This document shows positions 37,079 to 48,534 of a stretch of 64,000 bases of DNA, piece by piece. Both the position numbers and the translations under genes were made by a program. Under the pieces are notes generated by a model. The model searched no databases, was not told the DNA's origin, and saw only the letters and a program-made list of their open reading frames with translations. Each line of letters opens with the position of its first letter. The stretch's first letter is position 1. This DNA comes from Eledone cirrhosa (lineage: Eukaryota): the NCBI GenBank assembly GCA_964016885.1, contig OZ024748.1, forward strand, positions 29,016,001-29,080,000. Direction: 5' to 3'.

Positions 37079-40000
37079 ATCATCATCATCATCATCATCA
37101 GGTTTAGCGTCCGTGTTCCACGCTTGCATGGGTTTGGACGGGGGTTTTCCCACTTGAGGCAAGAGTGGTTGTCTTGCTCGCATAGGACTGTCTGGCGGGT
37201 TTTCTACAGTTGGATGCCCTTCCTAACACCAACCACATTTACAGTGTGGGGCTGGGAGGTTTTTACCGTGTTGCCTACACGGCCACATTACAGCGTGGAC
37301 TGTCTGGCGGGTTTTCTACAGCTGGATGCCCTTCCTAACACCAACCACATTTACAGTGTGGGGCTGGGAGGTTTTTACCGTGTTGCCTACACGGCCACAT
37401 TTACAGCGTGGACTGTGTGTTTTTTGTCGTGACACTTACACGATCTCATTTGTTTCGGCCTGGATGTTGTGGGGCCAACATAACTTTACATTGAAAGGGG
37501 CGGTGTGGGTGGGGTGGAGGTGGAGGTGGTGGGACGGGGGTGTGTTTTGATAGAGGTGCCTACTGACTGTAGTAGGTTTTTACTTTGTATTTAGGTAAGG
37601 CGGGTCTTCTCTATTACTGAGTACCGCCAAAGGTCTCGGTCCAGTGACATTGTCTTGGAGAGGTGTAAGCGTGTGAGGTCGGAAATTATCAGCTCGTCCC
37701 ATGTTTTTCTGGGTCTGCCTACTCCGTGGCTACCGTCTATCTTTATTGCCCTGCACTTTGTTATACAGCTGTCGTCTTTCATGCGCATCACGTGACCGTA
37801 CCAACGTAGCCTTCTCTCGAGTAAACAACATCTGATCCCTCTTATTTCTAATTTTTTCCTTAGTTCGTTTATGCTTTGCCGTTCACGTATATTACTATTG
37901 CACATCCAGCGGAGCATGCAAGCTTCGTTCCTCTCTAGTCTGCGTATATCCTCTGCACACAATGCCCAGGTCTCACTGCCATGCAGCATTGCTGTTCGTA
38001 TGCAGGCATCGTATAACCTGCCTTTCATTTTTAGGGAGAACCCTCTAGCGGCTAATAGTGGTATAAGCTCTCTGAACTTTTTCCATCCAGTTCTGACTCT
38101 AGCTACTGTACTTTCAGAGCACCCTCCCCCACTGCTGATTTTGTCACCCAGATAACGGAAGCTATCCACTATTTCTATAGAACCCTCTGCGCAGTTGAAG
38201 GAGCTAGTATTTTGTGGGCACTTGCTGCTACTTATTGCACCAGAGCACCGGCCACATGTAAAATCTATGTTCTTAGTTAGCTTACCTGTGATCCCACTAC
38301 ATCTTTTATGCACCCATACTTTGCATTTGGGACATAAAATGGAGTTTCTACCTACGCCTTTCCTACACACTGAGCATGGCCATTTCCCCGATGGGACCGC
38401 CGCCTTATTTTCTTTCCTACAAACTAGAACTTTAGTCTTAGCCAGGTTAATTTTAAGGCCTTTTGATTCTAGGCCGTGCTTCCACGTTTGGAATTTCTTC
38501 TCTAGTTCGGTCATTGATTCAGCTATGAGCGTTAGATCATCTGCGTATAGGAGTTCCCATGGGCAGCCGGTCTTGAACTCCTCTGTTATAGCCTGAAGGG
38601 CAATAATAAATAGTAGGGGGCTAAGTACAGAGCCCTGATGGACACCAACTTTTACGCTAAACTCTTCACTATATTCGTTGTTAATTCTAACCTTACTGAC
38701 TGTTTCTTTATACATGGCTTGTATAGCTCTCACAAGCCATTCGTCAACACCTAGTTTTCTAAGAGACCACCAGATAATGGAACGGGGGACTCTGTCGAAG
38801 GCTTTCTCCAAGTCGACAAAAGCTAAGTATAGGGGTTTACTTTTAGCTAGGTACTTCTCCTGTAGTTGTCGTACAATGAAAAGAGCGTCTGTGGTACTTT
38901 TGCCTGACACAAACCCGAACTGCATTTCATCTAGATCAATTCTCTCTCTGATTAGTTGCGCTATTACTTTTTCCGTGACCTTCATGACCTGGTCGATTAA
39001 TTTAATGCCTCTATAGTTACTCCTATCTAGGGCATCTCCTTTTCCCTTATAGCAGTTAACGATGATGCTGCTACGCCATTCCTTCGGAACAACCCCATTC
39101 TGTACGACTTGGTTAACTATCCGGGTGACCATGGTGTGTCCCACCGAACCAGATGCCTTCAGCATCTCAGCAACTATTTCCGAAGGCCCAGCCGCCTTAC
39201 CCGTCTTCATATCTTTGATTGCCTTACTTATTATACTACCTTCAACTAACACTGCTGGTCCCTCTATTGGATCGATCTGGGGGAGACTATCTTTCTCCCA
39301 TTTGTTCTCCTCATTTAGAAGCCTTTCGTAGTGACACTTCCAAGCTACCTTCTTATCAGCGTCGGTGATGGCAAGTATGCCATCATCGTTAAGTACACAC
39401 TTCTCCCCGACAATATCACGGTTTTCCTTGACACATTGCCTGGCAATCCTGAACACCTCACGTTTTTGGTCCTCACGTTGTAGAACATGCTTGAACTTTC
39501 TTTCCTCTGCTTCCCTTCTTGCGAAGTACACTTGTCTCCTAGCTTCCCTCCTGGCCACTTGATAGTCTTCTCTACTTCCCCCATCCCGCCATACTTTCCA
39601 AGCCTGCTTTTTGGCCTTAATTGACTCCTCCACCTTACTGTTCCACCACCATGTTACTCTCCTCCTACCTACAGGCCTGCTCCAGCCACAGACTTCGTCT
39701 GCCGCCGTCAGCAGGTTTGCTCTCAGGAATTCCCACTGTTCCTCTATATTATACGACTCTAATTGCTCTTCCTTACTGTCGAAAGCGTCAAGTAATTTGC
39801 TTTGAAATTTATTTCTGGCTATGGGGTCCTTTAGCTTCCATATTTTTCTCCTGAGGATAGTCCTCTTTCGCTGTCTAGTACGTCTCGTCCTGACTATGAG
39901 GTCGCTAATTATCAGTCTATGTTGGGAGGTGAATTCTTCATGGGGGTGGGATTTAGTGTTAACAACAGACACTCTGTCACGTCTTCTGGTAAGGATATAA

Positions 40001-41070
40001 TCTACCTGGCTTGTGTGTTCCCCCGACCTATAGGTGATCAAGTGATTGTCTCGTTTTTTGTAGTTAGTGTTACAGATAGTTAAGTTATTTGCGTCGCAGA
40101 ATTCCAGGATTCTGGAGCCTTCCTCATTTCTAGTACCGAACCCATAGCCTCCATGGATTCCGTCATAGCCGTCACAATGTTGTCCAACGTGACCATTTAG
40201 GTCGCCTGCAATAACTATATAGTCACTGTCGGTTATTTGGGAGGTAGCGAGCATCAGTGTCTCGTAGAATCTGTCTTTTATAGCGCGGGGCTGTCCGGAT
40301 TGGGGTGCGTACGCAGATATTACTGTCACCGTAGTTTTATTGAGGACAAGTCTTATTTTAATTATTCTGTCGTTCACTCTATTTACGTCTATTATCTTAT
40401 CTGCCCACTTTTCTGCTACCATGATTCCTACCCCACCCAACCCATTGTCATTTCCCACCCAGAAAAGCTTATAGCATCGCTCTTTACCCACGATGAATCT
40501 AGCCGACCCTCCCCTCCACCTGGTCTCTTGAATACAACAAACATCGACCTCCTTACGTTCAAGCATTTCTACAACCTCGTTCGAGCGACCCTTTAAGGTG
40601 CCTACATTCATGGTACCAACTCTGAAGTTTTGGATTGCGTTTGGAGGGTGGGAGCGGTGGGGCGCGGGGGGGGATGGGGTTATGTTAGCCATCCTGGGCC
40701 GAAACAAGGAGGAGTGCTTGCATTCTCGTCCACGAGGTGAATTTGGCTTTATCTTTGGCATTGTCGCTGAGCGTCCACATTTTTCTCTCTTCAACTCTCC
40801 AGAATTCCGTAGTCCATCCATCATATCGAAAAGCAACCAGTTAAGCGATAGTATGGGCCTCTGACTTATGATTGGTCCACGTAATAATGGTGGTGCGTGG
40901 GGGCGGGAGGGAGGGATGATGGGTTGTTAGCGAGAATGTAAGGATTAAGATAAGATCGCCGTATTTTGGGCATGATTTAACAATAAACGAAAATACAAGA
41001 TTTGTTTTGTTTAAGAAATTACGATAGAGAAAATGCGGTGGTAGGGGAAGTATGATTTTTAGAGAAAAGA
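37079..41070 (-). mobile_element. Full-length RTE family A LINE
   Basis: 5' region, single long ORF, 3'UTR with a ~112-bp tandem duplication (37185-37409), (GAT)n tail, TA tracts on both sides. Confidence 0.95.
37591..40836 (-). CDS. Intact RTE polyprotein: APE + RT + PHD-type finger (1081 aa)
   Basis: IQETRW, GDLN, VDY, SQH; YADD intact; C4HC3 finger; no stops. Confidence 0.95.
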   Translation of the reverse strand: MLFDMMDGLRNSGELKREKCGRSATMPKIKPNSPRGRECKHSSLFRPRMANITPSPPAPHRSHPPNAIQNFRVGTMNVGTLKGRSNEVVEMLERKEVDVCCIQETRWRGGSARFIVGKERCYKLFWVGNDNGLGGVGIMVAEKWADKIIDVNRVNDRIIKIRLVLNKTTVTVISAYAPQSGQPRAIKDRFYETLMLATSQITDSDYIVIAGDLNGHVGQHCDGYDGIHGGYGFGTRNEEGSRILEFCDANNLTICNTNYKKRDNHLITYRSGEHTSQVDYILTRRRDRVSVVNTKSHPHEEFTSQHRLIISDLIVRTRRTRQRKRTILRRKIWKLKDPIARNKFQSKLLDAFDSKEEQLESYNIEEQWEFLRANLLTAADEVCGWSRPVGRRRVTWWWNSKVEESIKAKKQAWKVWRDGGSREDYQVARREARRQVYFARREAEERKFKHVLQREDQKREVFRIARQCVKENRDIVGEKCVLNDDGILAITDADKKVAWKCHYERLLNEENKWEKDSLPQIDPIEGPAVLVEGSIISKAIKDMKTGKAAGPSEIVAEMLKASGSVGHTMVTRIVNQVVQNGVVPKEWRSSIIVNCYKGKGDALDRSNYRGIKLIDQVMKVTEKVIAQLIRERIDLDEMQFGFVSGKSTTDALFIVRQLQEKYLAKSKPLYLAFVDLEKAFDRVPRSIIWWSLRKLGVDEWLVRAIQAMYKETVSKVRINNEYSEEFSVKVGVHQGSVLSPLLFIIALQAITEEFKTGCPWELLYADDLTLIAESMTELEKKFQTWKHGLESKGLKINLAKTKVLVCRKENKAAVPSGKWPCSVCRKGVGRNSILCPKCKVWVHKRCSGITGKLTKNIDFTCGRCSGAISSSKCPQNTSSFNCAEGSIEIVDSFRYLGDKISSGGGCSESTVARVRTGWKKFRELIPLLAARGFSLKMKGRLYDACIRTAMLHGSETWALCAEDIRRLERNEACMLRWMCNSNIRERQSINELRKKLEIRGIRCCLLERRLRWYGHVMRMKDDSCITKCRAIKIDGSHGVGRPRKTWDELIISDLTRLHLSKTMSLDRDLWRYSVIEKTRLT

Positions 41071-42469
41071 AAAATATATATTTATATATATATATATGTA
41101 TGTATGTATATTCACATATATATACAGTTTGATATATATATATACATATATATATATACAGCTTGATATATATATATATACACATATATATACAGCTTGA
41201 TGCTCTTCCTAACACCAACCACGTTTACAGTGTGGAACTGGATGGCCCGTTATGAGGAGGGTCTGGCCAGTTGACCACGCCATGCTCTGCTTACATTAGA
41301 ACTATAATTTGGGACCTATTTGGTCACTATTTGGCCACTATTTGGGAGGTTGGGCCAGTTGTTCGCGCCAAATCTTGCTCATAAAGGAGCCATGTTATCA
41401 GGTGGTCCTGATATGTTTGTTAATGATGAAACCCACTCCATGTTTGTGTTTGGTGTCACTACGATTTGTGGCTTTCATCTGCAGTTGTCTCACTAAATCC
41501 AGTCCATCTGACTTCAGCCAACCCTAAGATATCGCGTGTGTATCTGGCAAGCCATTGGTGTTCTGGGCCTCGACCGATCTGGCATCTTATTTGACTGTTT
41601 GTGTATTATGGTATTTCAGTGGACTTTAGAATGCTTGGCAGTGCCCATTTTCTCTCCAACCTTCAAGTCCTTCATTAAGTTTAGCCTGCCAGCAGAAGCA
41701 GTTTCCAGGGTGTAGCTGGAAAATATTTTCAAAGCCAAAAATGAGAGTAGGGTGAAAGCGAGTGTACCCGTCCATCCCTAAAGATGTGCTACCGGACATC
41801 AAGGTACTCTCTCTACACCCAAGTAACTATATAGATTTTCAATAGATATAGTGCTCTCTTACCACTTATTGAATATTTTGCTACACACACATCTTCCTTC
41901 AGCTGTCTTTTATATACTTCTCTCAATACAGCCCTCTCTTAATCCTGTTTCTTCCTTCACCCTTATTTCTTTCCCTATCCCCGCCTCTCTCTACTGTTTT
42001 CGATACTCTCCTCTTTACACAATTATTACTACTCTATTCTAAATTGTTCATCATTTTCATATTTGTGATTTATTTGAAAATATAATCTTTTTTGTGTTCC
42101 TGTTAGTTGGTGGACCTGACCAAAACTGACATGCGCAGCTGGGTTAGAAGTGGTATCACGACTGACAGTTGTAAAATCAGTTGGCTGGAATTTGCAGATG
42201 ACATGGTGTTACTTAACTCCAAAATTCCTAAAATTCATAAAATTCCTAAAATTCCTAAAATTCCAAAAATCCCCAGCGCAAGAGACATACAGATACATAT
42301 ATATATATATATATATATATTGATGTACAGTGGAGTGACATATATTATTATATACTATAAAAATCAAAATTCCAAAATTCCAAAGTTCCAAAATTCCAAA
42401 ATTCCAAAGTTCCAAAATTCCAAAATTCCTAAAATTCCAAAAAAATTCAAATATATATATCGACAGTCG

Positions 42470-42678
42470 ATCGACATTTGTCAAATCGGGCCGAGGAAAC
42501 AATGTTTCCGTTGGTCTTTCCAATTGCTAGTACTCTTTAGCGGTCGCAACTCCAGGTAGAAGGAGCAATGTGAAATAAAGTGTCTTGCTCCTCAAGGACA
42601 TAACGCATCGCCCAGTCCGGGAATCGAACTCACAACCTCACGATTAGGAATCCAATTCTCTAACCACTCAGCCACATG
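42470..42678 (-). mobile_element. tRNA-derived SINE (second family)
   Basis: TGGCTGAGTGG A box and AGTTCGATTCC B box on the - strand. Homologous to 61250-61460. Confidence 0.75.
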
Positions 42679-42716
42679 TATGTATATATGTATATATATA
42701 TATATATATATGTATG

Positions 42717-42749
<33 letters not shown>

Positions 42750-42769
42750 GTATATAAGTATGTATGTAT

Positions 42770-45700
42770 AAATTTTTCATTTTTTCGATTTTTCGATTTA
42801 TTTCGATTTTTTCGATTTTTTAATTTTTTTATTTGTTCATTTTTTCGATTTTTCGATTTTTTTCGATTTTTCGGTTTTTGTCGAATTTTTCGATTTTTTT
42901 CATTGTTTCATTTTTTCATTTTTTCGATTTTTCGATTTTTTTCGATTTGTTCATTGTTTCACTTTTTCATTTATTCGATTTTTCGATTTTTTTCGTCTTT
43001 TTCGATTTTTTCATTTTTCGTTTTTTAATTTTTTGGATTTTTTTCGATTTTTCGATTTCTTCATTTTTTCATTTTATCGTTTTTTCTATTTTTTTCGATT
43101 TTTCATTATTTTATTTTTCATTTTTTCGATTTCTTTCGAATTTTTTCGATATTTTTCGACTTTTTGATTTTTAATTTTTTTATTTTTTCGATTTTTCGAT
43201 TTTTTTCAATTTTATCAATTTTTATCGATTTTTTCATTATTTTATATTTTCATTTTTTCGATTTTTAAATTTTTTTCGATTTTTTCATTTTTCAATTTTT
43301 TTCAATTTTTTCGATTTTTTTCGATTTTTTCATTTTTTAAATATTTTTTTCATTTTTTCGATTTTTCGATTTCTTTCGATTTTGTTACGATATTTTTCGA
43401 TTTTTTCGATCTTTATCGATTTTTTCGACTTTAATTTTTTTCGATTTTTTTATTTGTTCATTTTTAAATTTTTTCGATTTTTCGATTTTTTTCGATTTTT
43501 CATTATTTCATTTTTTCATTTTTTCGATTTTTCGATTTTTTTCAATTTTATCAATTTTTATCGATTTTTACATTATTTCATTTTTTCGATTTTTTCGATA
43601 TTTTCATTGTTTAATTTGTTTATTTTTTCATTTTTTCGATTTTTCGATTATTTTTCATTTTTTTAATTTATTCGATTTTTTCGATTTTTTTCATTTTTTA
43701 AATTTTTTATTTTTTCATTTTTTCTATTTTTCGATTTTTTTATTATTTCATTTTTTCATTTTTTTTATTTTTCGATTTTGTTCGATTTTTTCGATTCTTT
43801 TAGATTTTTTCAATTATTTTAATTTTTTATTTTTTCATTTTTTCAATTTCTTTCGATTTTTTCATTTTTAAAATTGTTCATTTTTTCATTTTTTCGATTT
43901 TTCGATTTTTTTTTTCGATTTTTTTCTATTTTTTCATTTTATAATTTTTTCGATTTTTCGATTTTTTTCGATTTTCATTATTTCATTTTTTCATTTTTTC
44001 GATTTCTTTCGATTTTTTTCGATTTTTTTCGATTTTTGAAATTTTTGAAATTTTTGCGATTTTTCGATTTTTTCAATTTTTTCGATATTTTCATAATTTT
44101 TAATTTGTTTATTTTTTCATTTTTTCGATTTTTCGATTATTTTTGATTTTTTCATTGTTTCATTTTTTTATTTTTTCGATTTTTCGATTTTTTCGATTTG
44201 TTCATTTTTTAATTGTTTCGATTTTTTTTGGTTTTTTTCGATTTGTTCATTTTTTCATTTTTTTCATTTTTTCGATTTTTTTCGATTTTTTCATTTTTTA
44301 ATTTTTTCTATTTTTCGGTTTTTTTATTGTTTCATTTTTTCATTTTTTTGATTTTTCGATTTTGTTCGATTCTTTTAGATCTTTTCAATTATTTTAATTT
44401 TTTATTTTTTTATTTTTTCGATTTTTCGATTTTTTTCGACTTTTTCGATTTTTTCGTTTTTTCATTTTTTCATTTTTTCATTTTTTTCGATTTCTTTCGA
44501 TTTTTTCATTTTTCAAATTGTTCATTTTTTCATTTTTTCGATTTTTCGATTTTTTTTTCGATTTTTTTCGATTTTTTCATTTTATAATTTTTTCGATTTT
44601 TCGATTTTTTTCGATTTTATCAATTTTTATCGATTTTTTCATTATTTAATTTTTTCATTTTTCCGATTTTTCGATTTTTTGCGATTTTTTCATTGTTTCA
44701 TTTTTGAATTTTTTGCGATTTTATCGAATTTTTCATTTTTTCATTTTTTCGATATTTCGATTTTTATCGATTTTTTCGATTTGGCATTGTTTCATTTTTT
44801 CAATTTTTCATTTTGTCATTGATTCATTTTTTTATTGTTTCGATATTTCGATTTTTTTCGATTTTATCAATTTTTATCGATTTTTTCATTATTTCATTTT
44901 TTCATTTTTCGATTTTTCATATTTCGATTTTTGTCGATTTTTTCGATTTTTCATTGTTTCATTTTTTCAATTTTTCATTTTGTCATTTTTAAATTTTTTA
45001 ATTTTTTCGATTTTTCCATTTTTTCATTATTTCGATTTTTGGATTTTTTTCTATTTTTTTTGATTTTTTTCTATTTTTTTTGATTTTTTTCATTTTGAAA
45101 ATTTTTAATTTTTTAATTTTTTCGATTTTTTGATGTCTTTCGATTTTTTCATTTTTTCCTTTTCTAATTTTTTCGATTTTTTTCGATTTTTTTCGATTTT
45201 TTCATTTTTTAAATTTGTTTATTTTTTCATTTTTTCGATTTTTCGATTTCTTTCGATTTTGTTTCGATCTTTTTCGATTTGTTCATTTTTTTAATTTAAA
45301 ATTTTTTCATTTTTTCGATTTTTCGATTTTTTTCAATTTTATCAATTTTTATCGATTTTTTCATTATTTTATATTTAAATTTTTTCGATTTTTTTCGATT
45401 TTTTTCATTTTTTCGATTTTTTGATTTTTTTCTATTTTCTCATTTTTTCAATTTTTAAATTTTTTCGATTTTTTTCGATTTTTTTATTTTTTTTATTTTT
45501 TATTTTTTCCTTGTTTTCGATTTTTCGATTTCTTTCGATTTTTTGATTTTTGAAATTTTTCATTTTTTTCATTTTTTCGATTTTTTGATTTTTTTCGATT
45601 TTTTCATTTTTTCATTTTTTCGATTTTATTCGATTTTTTCATTTTTTTAATTTTTTATTTTTTCATTTTTTCGATTTTTCGATTTCTTTCGATTTTGTTT

Positions 45701-45905
45701 CGATATTTTTCGATTTTTTTCGATCTTTATCGATTTTTTCGACTTTTTGATTTTTTTCGATTTTTTCATTTTTTCATTTTTTCGATTTTTAGATTTTTTT
45801 CGATTTTTCATTATTTTATTTTTTCATTTTTTCGATTTCTTTCGATTTTTTTCGATTTTTTTCGATATTTTCATTTTATAAATTTTTCATTTTTTCATTT
45901 TTTCG
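42770..45905. repeat. 3.1-kb strand-asymmetric (T4-8)CGA/(T4-8)CA low-complexity array
   Basis: Directly visible. Source of the F-rich ORFs in the track. Confidence 0.95.
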
Positions 45906-45934
45906 TTTACAACGAATTTTTTATTAGAAAATAA

Positions 45935-46635
45935 TGAACGAAGTATGCTCTAATGGACGTGTAATGTTAGTGTGCATGAGTGACATAACATAAGCAAACT
46001 GAAGGGAAAACTTGGCATTAGAGGAATTGGAAGTAGTGTGCAAGAGAGAAGATTGCATTGGTATGAACATGTGATGCACATGGAAGATAGCAGCTGTATA
46101 AAGAAATGCAGTGAAACCCCAGGGGCTGGGACCTGTAGAAGAGGCAGACCCAGGAAGACATGGGATGATATTGTGAAGCCTGACTTTGAAAAAAACTAAA
46201 CTTCACAACAGAAATGACTAAAGACCATGAGGGCTGATGCCCTGCTCCCCCTGTGAAGTGGTTGGTGATAGCATGGGCATTCAGTTGTGGTGGGCTTGCC
46301 TAACAAAGGGTCGGGAGAACCCTTCAGGCAACCTTTCTAGTGTTGATGAGCTACACAGTCAATACACCCAATACATGCTGTAAAGTGGTTGGTGATAGAA
46401 AAAGCATCTAGCCATAGGAATCTTGCCAAACAAAGGGTTGGGAGGACCCTCAGTTGTTTCAAAGACATGACAACCCCTCCTGTGCACTCAGTGAAATGTG
46501 AGATCATACTTAAGCGCTACTCAGATCCCTGGCATGCCTGGGAGATCAGTGGCTCCGTTTCAGTACTGACTTGATATGTGTGGACCCTTCCAACCCTTGC
46601 TAGCATGGAAAGCAGATGTTAAAATGATGATGATG
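45935..46635 (+). mobile_element. Degenerate RTE 3' fragment and 3'UTR
   Basis: [24 protein letters not shown]; (GAT)n tail. Confidence 0.7.
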
Positions 46636-47355
46636 AATTATTAGTCATATTCCCAACACAAACAGCTGTCTAGTGTGTGTGTGTAGTTATTTATTCCACA
46701 CATGGTTAACATCTCCTTCTGAGTAGTTTTACTTAATTTTTTTTTAGATATATTTTATATCACACATTTTGTGAACAATGTTGTTGTTGGTGGTAGGCTT
46801 CCAAAGAGCCAATTATTGGTTCACTGAATTCCAAATGGCAAGGGTTGAGTATCAGTGAAGCAGTTTTATCATCGACATACATCAGCAAAAGATATACACA
46901 TATACCTGTATGAAGGGCTTCTACTCAGTTTCTGTCTGCCAAATTTCATTCACATGGTATTGATCAATACAAGGCCCATATTAAAAGTGCCAGGCATTCA
47001 TTCACATGGCATTGATGAACACAAGCCTCATAGTAGATAGAAGACACTTGCCCAAGATGCCATACAACTGATTCAAACATGCAACCCCTCAGTTAAAAAG
47101 GAAACTTAACCATACAGTCATACCAGTACCTGTGTTTAAAATATATATAGTGTTTTAACCTACAATATCCTTTTAATGATATTTAGACTTACTGTGTTGT
47201 TATTTTAATTCAAAATATATTTTAAATTTGTTAAAGAAAACAAACTTAAAACCATTAGTGTTGTTGGTGTTGATGATGATGTTCACTGTTTGACTGTATA
47301 CATACCAAAGTAATATTTCATTTATAAAATTTAGTTTCTATTTTTTCTCCATCAG

Positions 47356-47742
47356 GTTATTTGTGCCAATGTAGTGACAAATACGCCCAAGCCACGAAAA
47401 TTCAAACAAACACAGTCTGCCGGTAAAGTCATGGTGACTGTGTTTTGGGACCGGAAGGGGGTTTTGTTGGTCAACTTTATGCCTGCTGGGACCACAATAA
47501 ACGCTAACAGGTACTGTGAAACACTGAAAAAACTCAGAAGGGCAATTCAGAACCGGAGAAGAGGAATGTTGAGCAAGGGCGTAAGCATTCTCCATGACAA
47601 CGCTCGCCCACACGTTGCCCGTCAAACCGTCGCTCTCCTGCAAAACTTTGGTTGGAACATCATCACCCACCCTCCCTGTAGTCCGGACTTGGCACCCAGT
47701 GACTACCACCTGTTCCCTAAGTTGAAAGAACATTTTGCCTGA
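47356..47742 (+). CDS. SAFB-like RRM exon start fused in frame to a mariner transposase fragment
   Basis: Strong acceptor at 47354-47355. VICANVVTN (cf. SAFB RRM VVGAKVVTN) continues into PKPRKFKQ..VFWD..HDNARPH..SPDLAPSDY. Confidence 0.55.
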   Translation, partial: VICANVVTNTPKPRKFKQTQSAGKVMVTVFWDRKGVLLVNFMPAGTTINANRYCETLKKLRRAIQNRRRGMLSKGVSILHDNARPHVARQTVALLQNFGWNIITHPPCSPDLAPSDYHLFPKLKEHFA

Positions 47743-47989
47743 AGGCAATTCTGCTCCGATGAAGAGGTGAAAGATGAGGTTCAACACTTCCTGGAGTACA
47801 TGGCGGCGAACTGGACATGGGCATACAAAAACTGCCACAGCATCTACAAAGATGCATCGACCGAAATGGCGATTAGGTATAAAAATAAATAATTGTTCAA
47901 CCTTTAAAATGATGTAAATATTATAGAAAATAAATGGTTGTTTGTATTTCTAAAAAAAAGGAGACCTTACTTTTGGGATTGCCCTCGTA
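47383..47989 (+). mobile_element. 5'-truncated mariner (DD34D) with right TIR
   Basis: Second and third catalytic Asp motifs; TIR-like end ...TTTTGGGATTGCCCTCG-TA. Confidence 0.9.
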
Positions 47990-48129
47990 TAAACTGATAA
48001 TGTTTCATCATCATCATCACTGTTTAACATCTGTATTTCCAAGCTTGCATGGATTAGAAGAGTCGTCCATGTTATGAAACAAGTTTTGCTAGTTGACCAT
48101 GCAGTACCTTGTTCAAATGGAACTGTATT

Positions 48130-48480
48130 TTGGCTGGGTTTTTACAGCTGGATGCCCTTCCTAGCACAAACTGTGTTGACTGTGGAACTGGATGGTCCCA
48201 TTATGAGGAGGGTCTGGCCAATTGGCCACGCCGTACCCTGCTCATAGAGGAACTGTATTTTGGAAGCTGAATGGCCGTGTTAGGAGGTTCTGGCTAGTTG
48301 GCTGCACTGTACGCTGCTCATAGTGGAACCGTGCAACTGAGTGGTTCCGTTATTAAGAGTGTCTAGCCAGTTGGCCACGCCATATGGTGCTGATAGCAAA
48401 ACCATATTTTGGAAGCTAGGTGGGCACATTATGAGGAAGGTCTAGCCAGTTGGCTACACTGAACTTTGTTCATAGTTGGA
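48130..48480. repeat. Degenerate ~60-bp tandem units (GGTCTGGCCAGTTGGCCACGCC) in a SINE/RTE-tail-like repeat
   Basis: Repeated motif, also seen at 28030-28200 and 41230-41400. Confidence 0.55.
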
Positions 48481-48534
48481 CCTGTGTTTTGGCTGGGTTT
48501 TTATGACTGCTGGATGCTTTACCAACACCAATCA

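Noticed and set aside
42714-45934. Phe-rich membrane-like ORFs
   Set aside because: Artefact of the T-rich array; overlapping frames with no domain signal.
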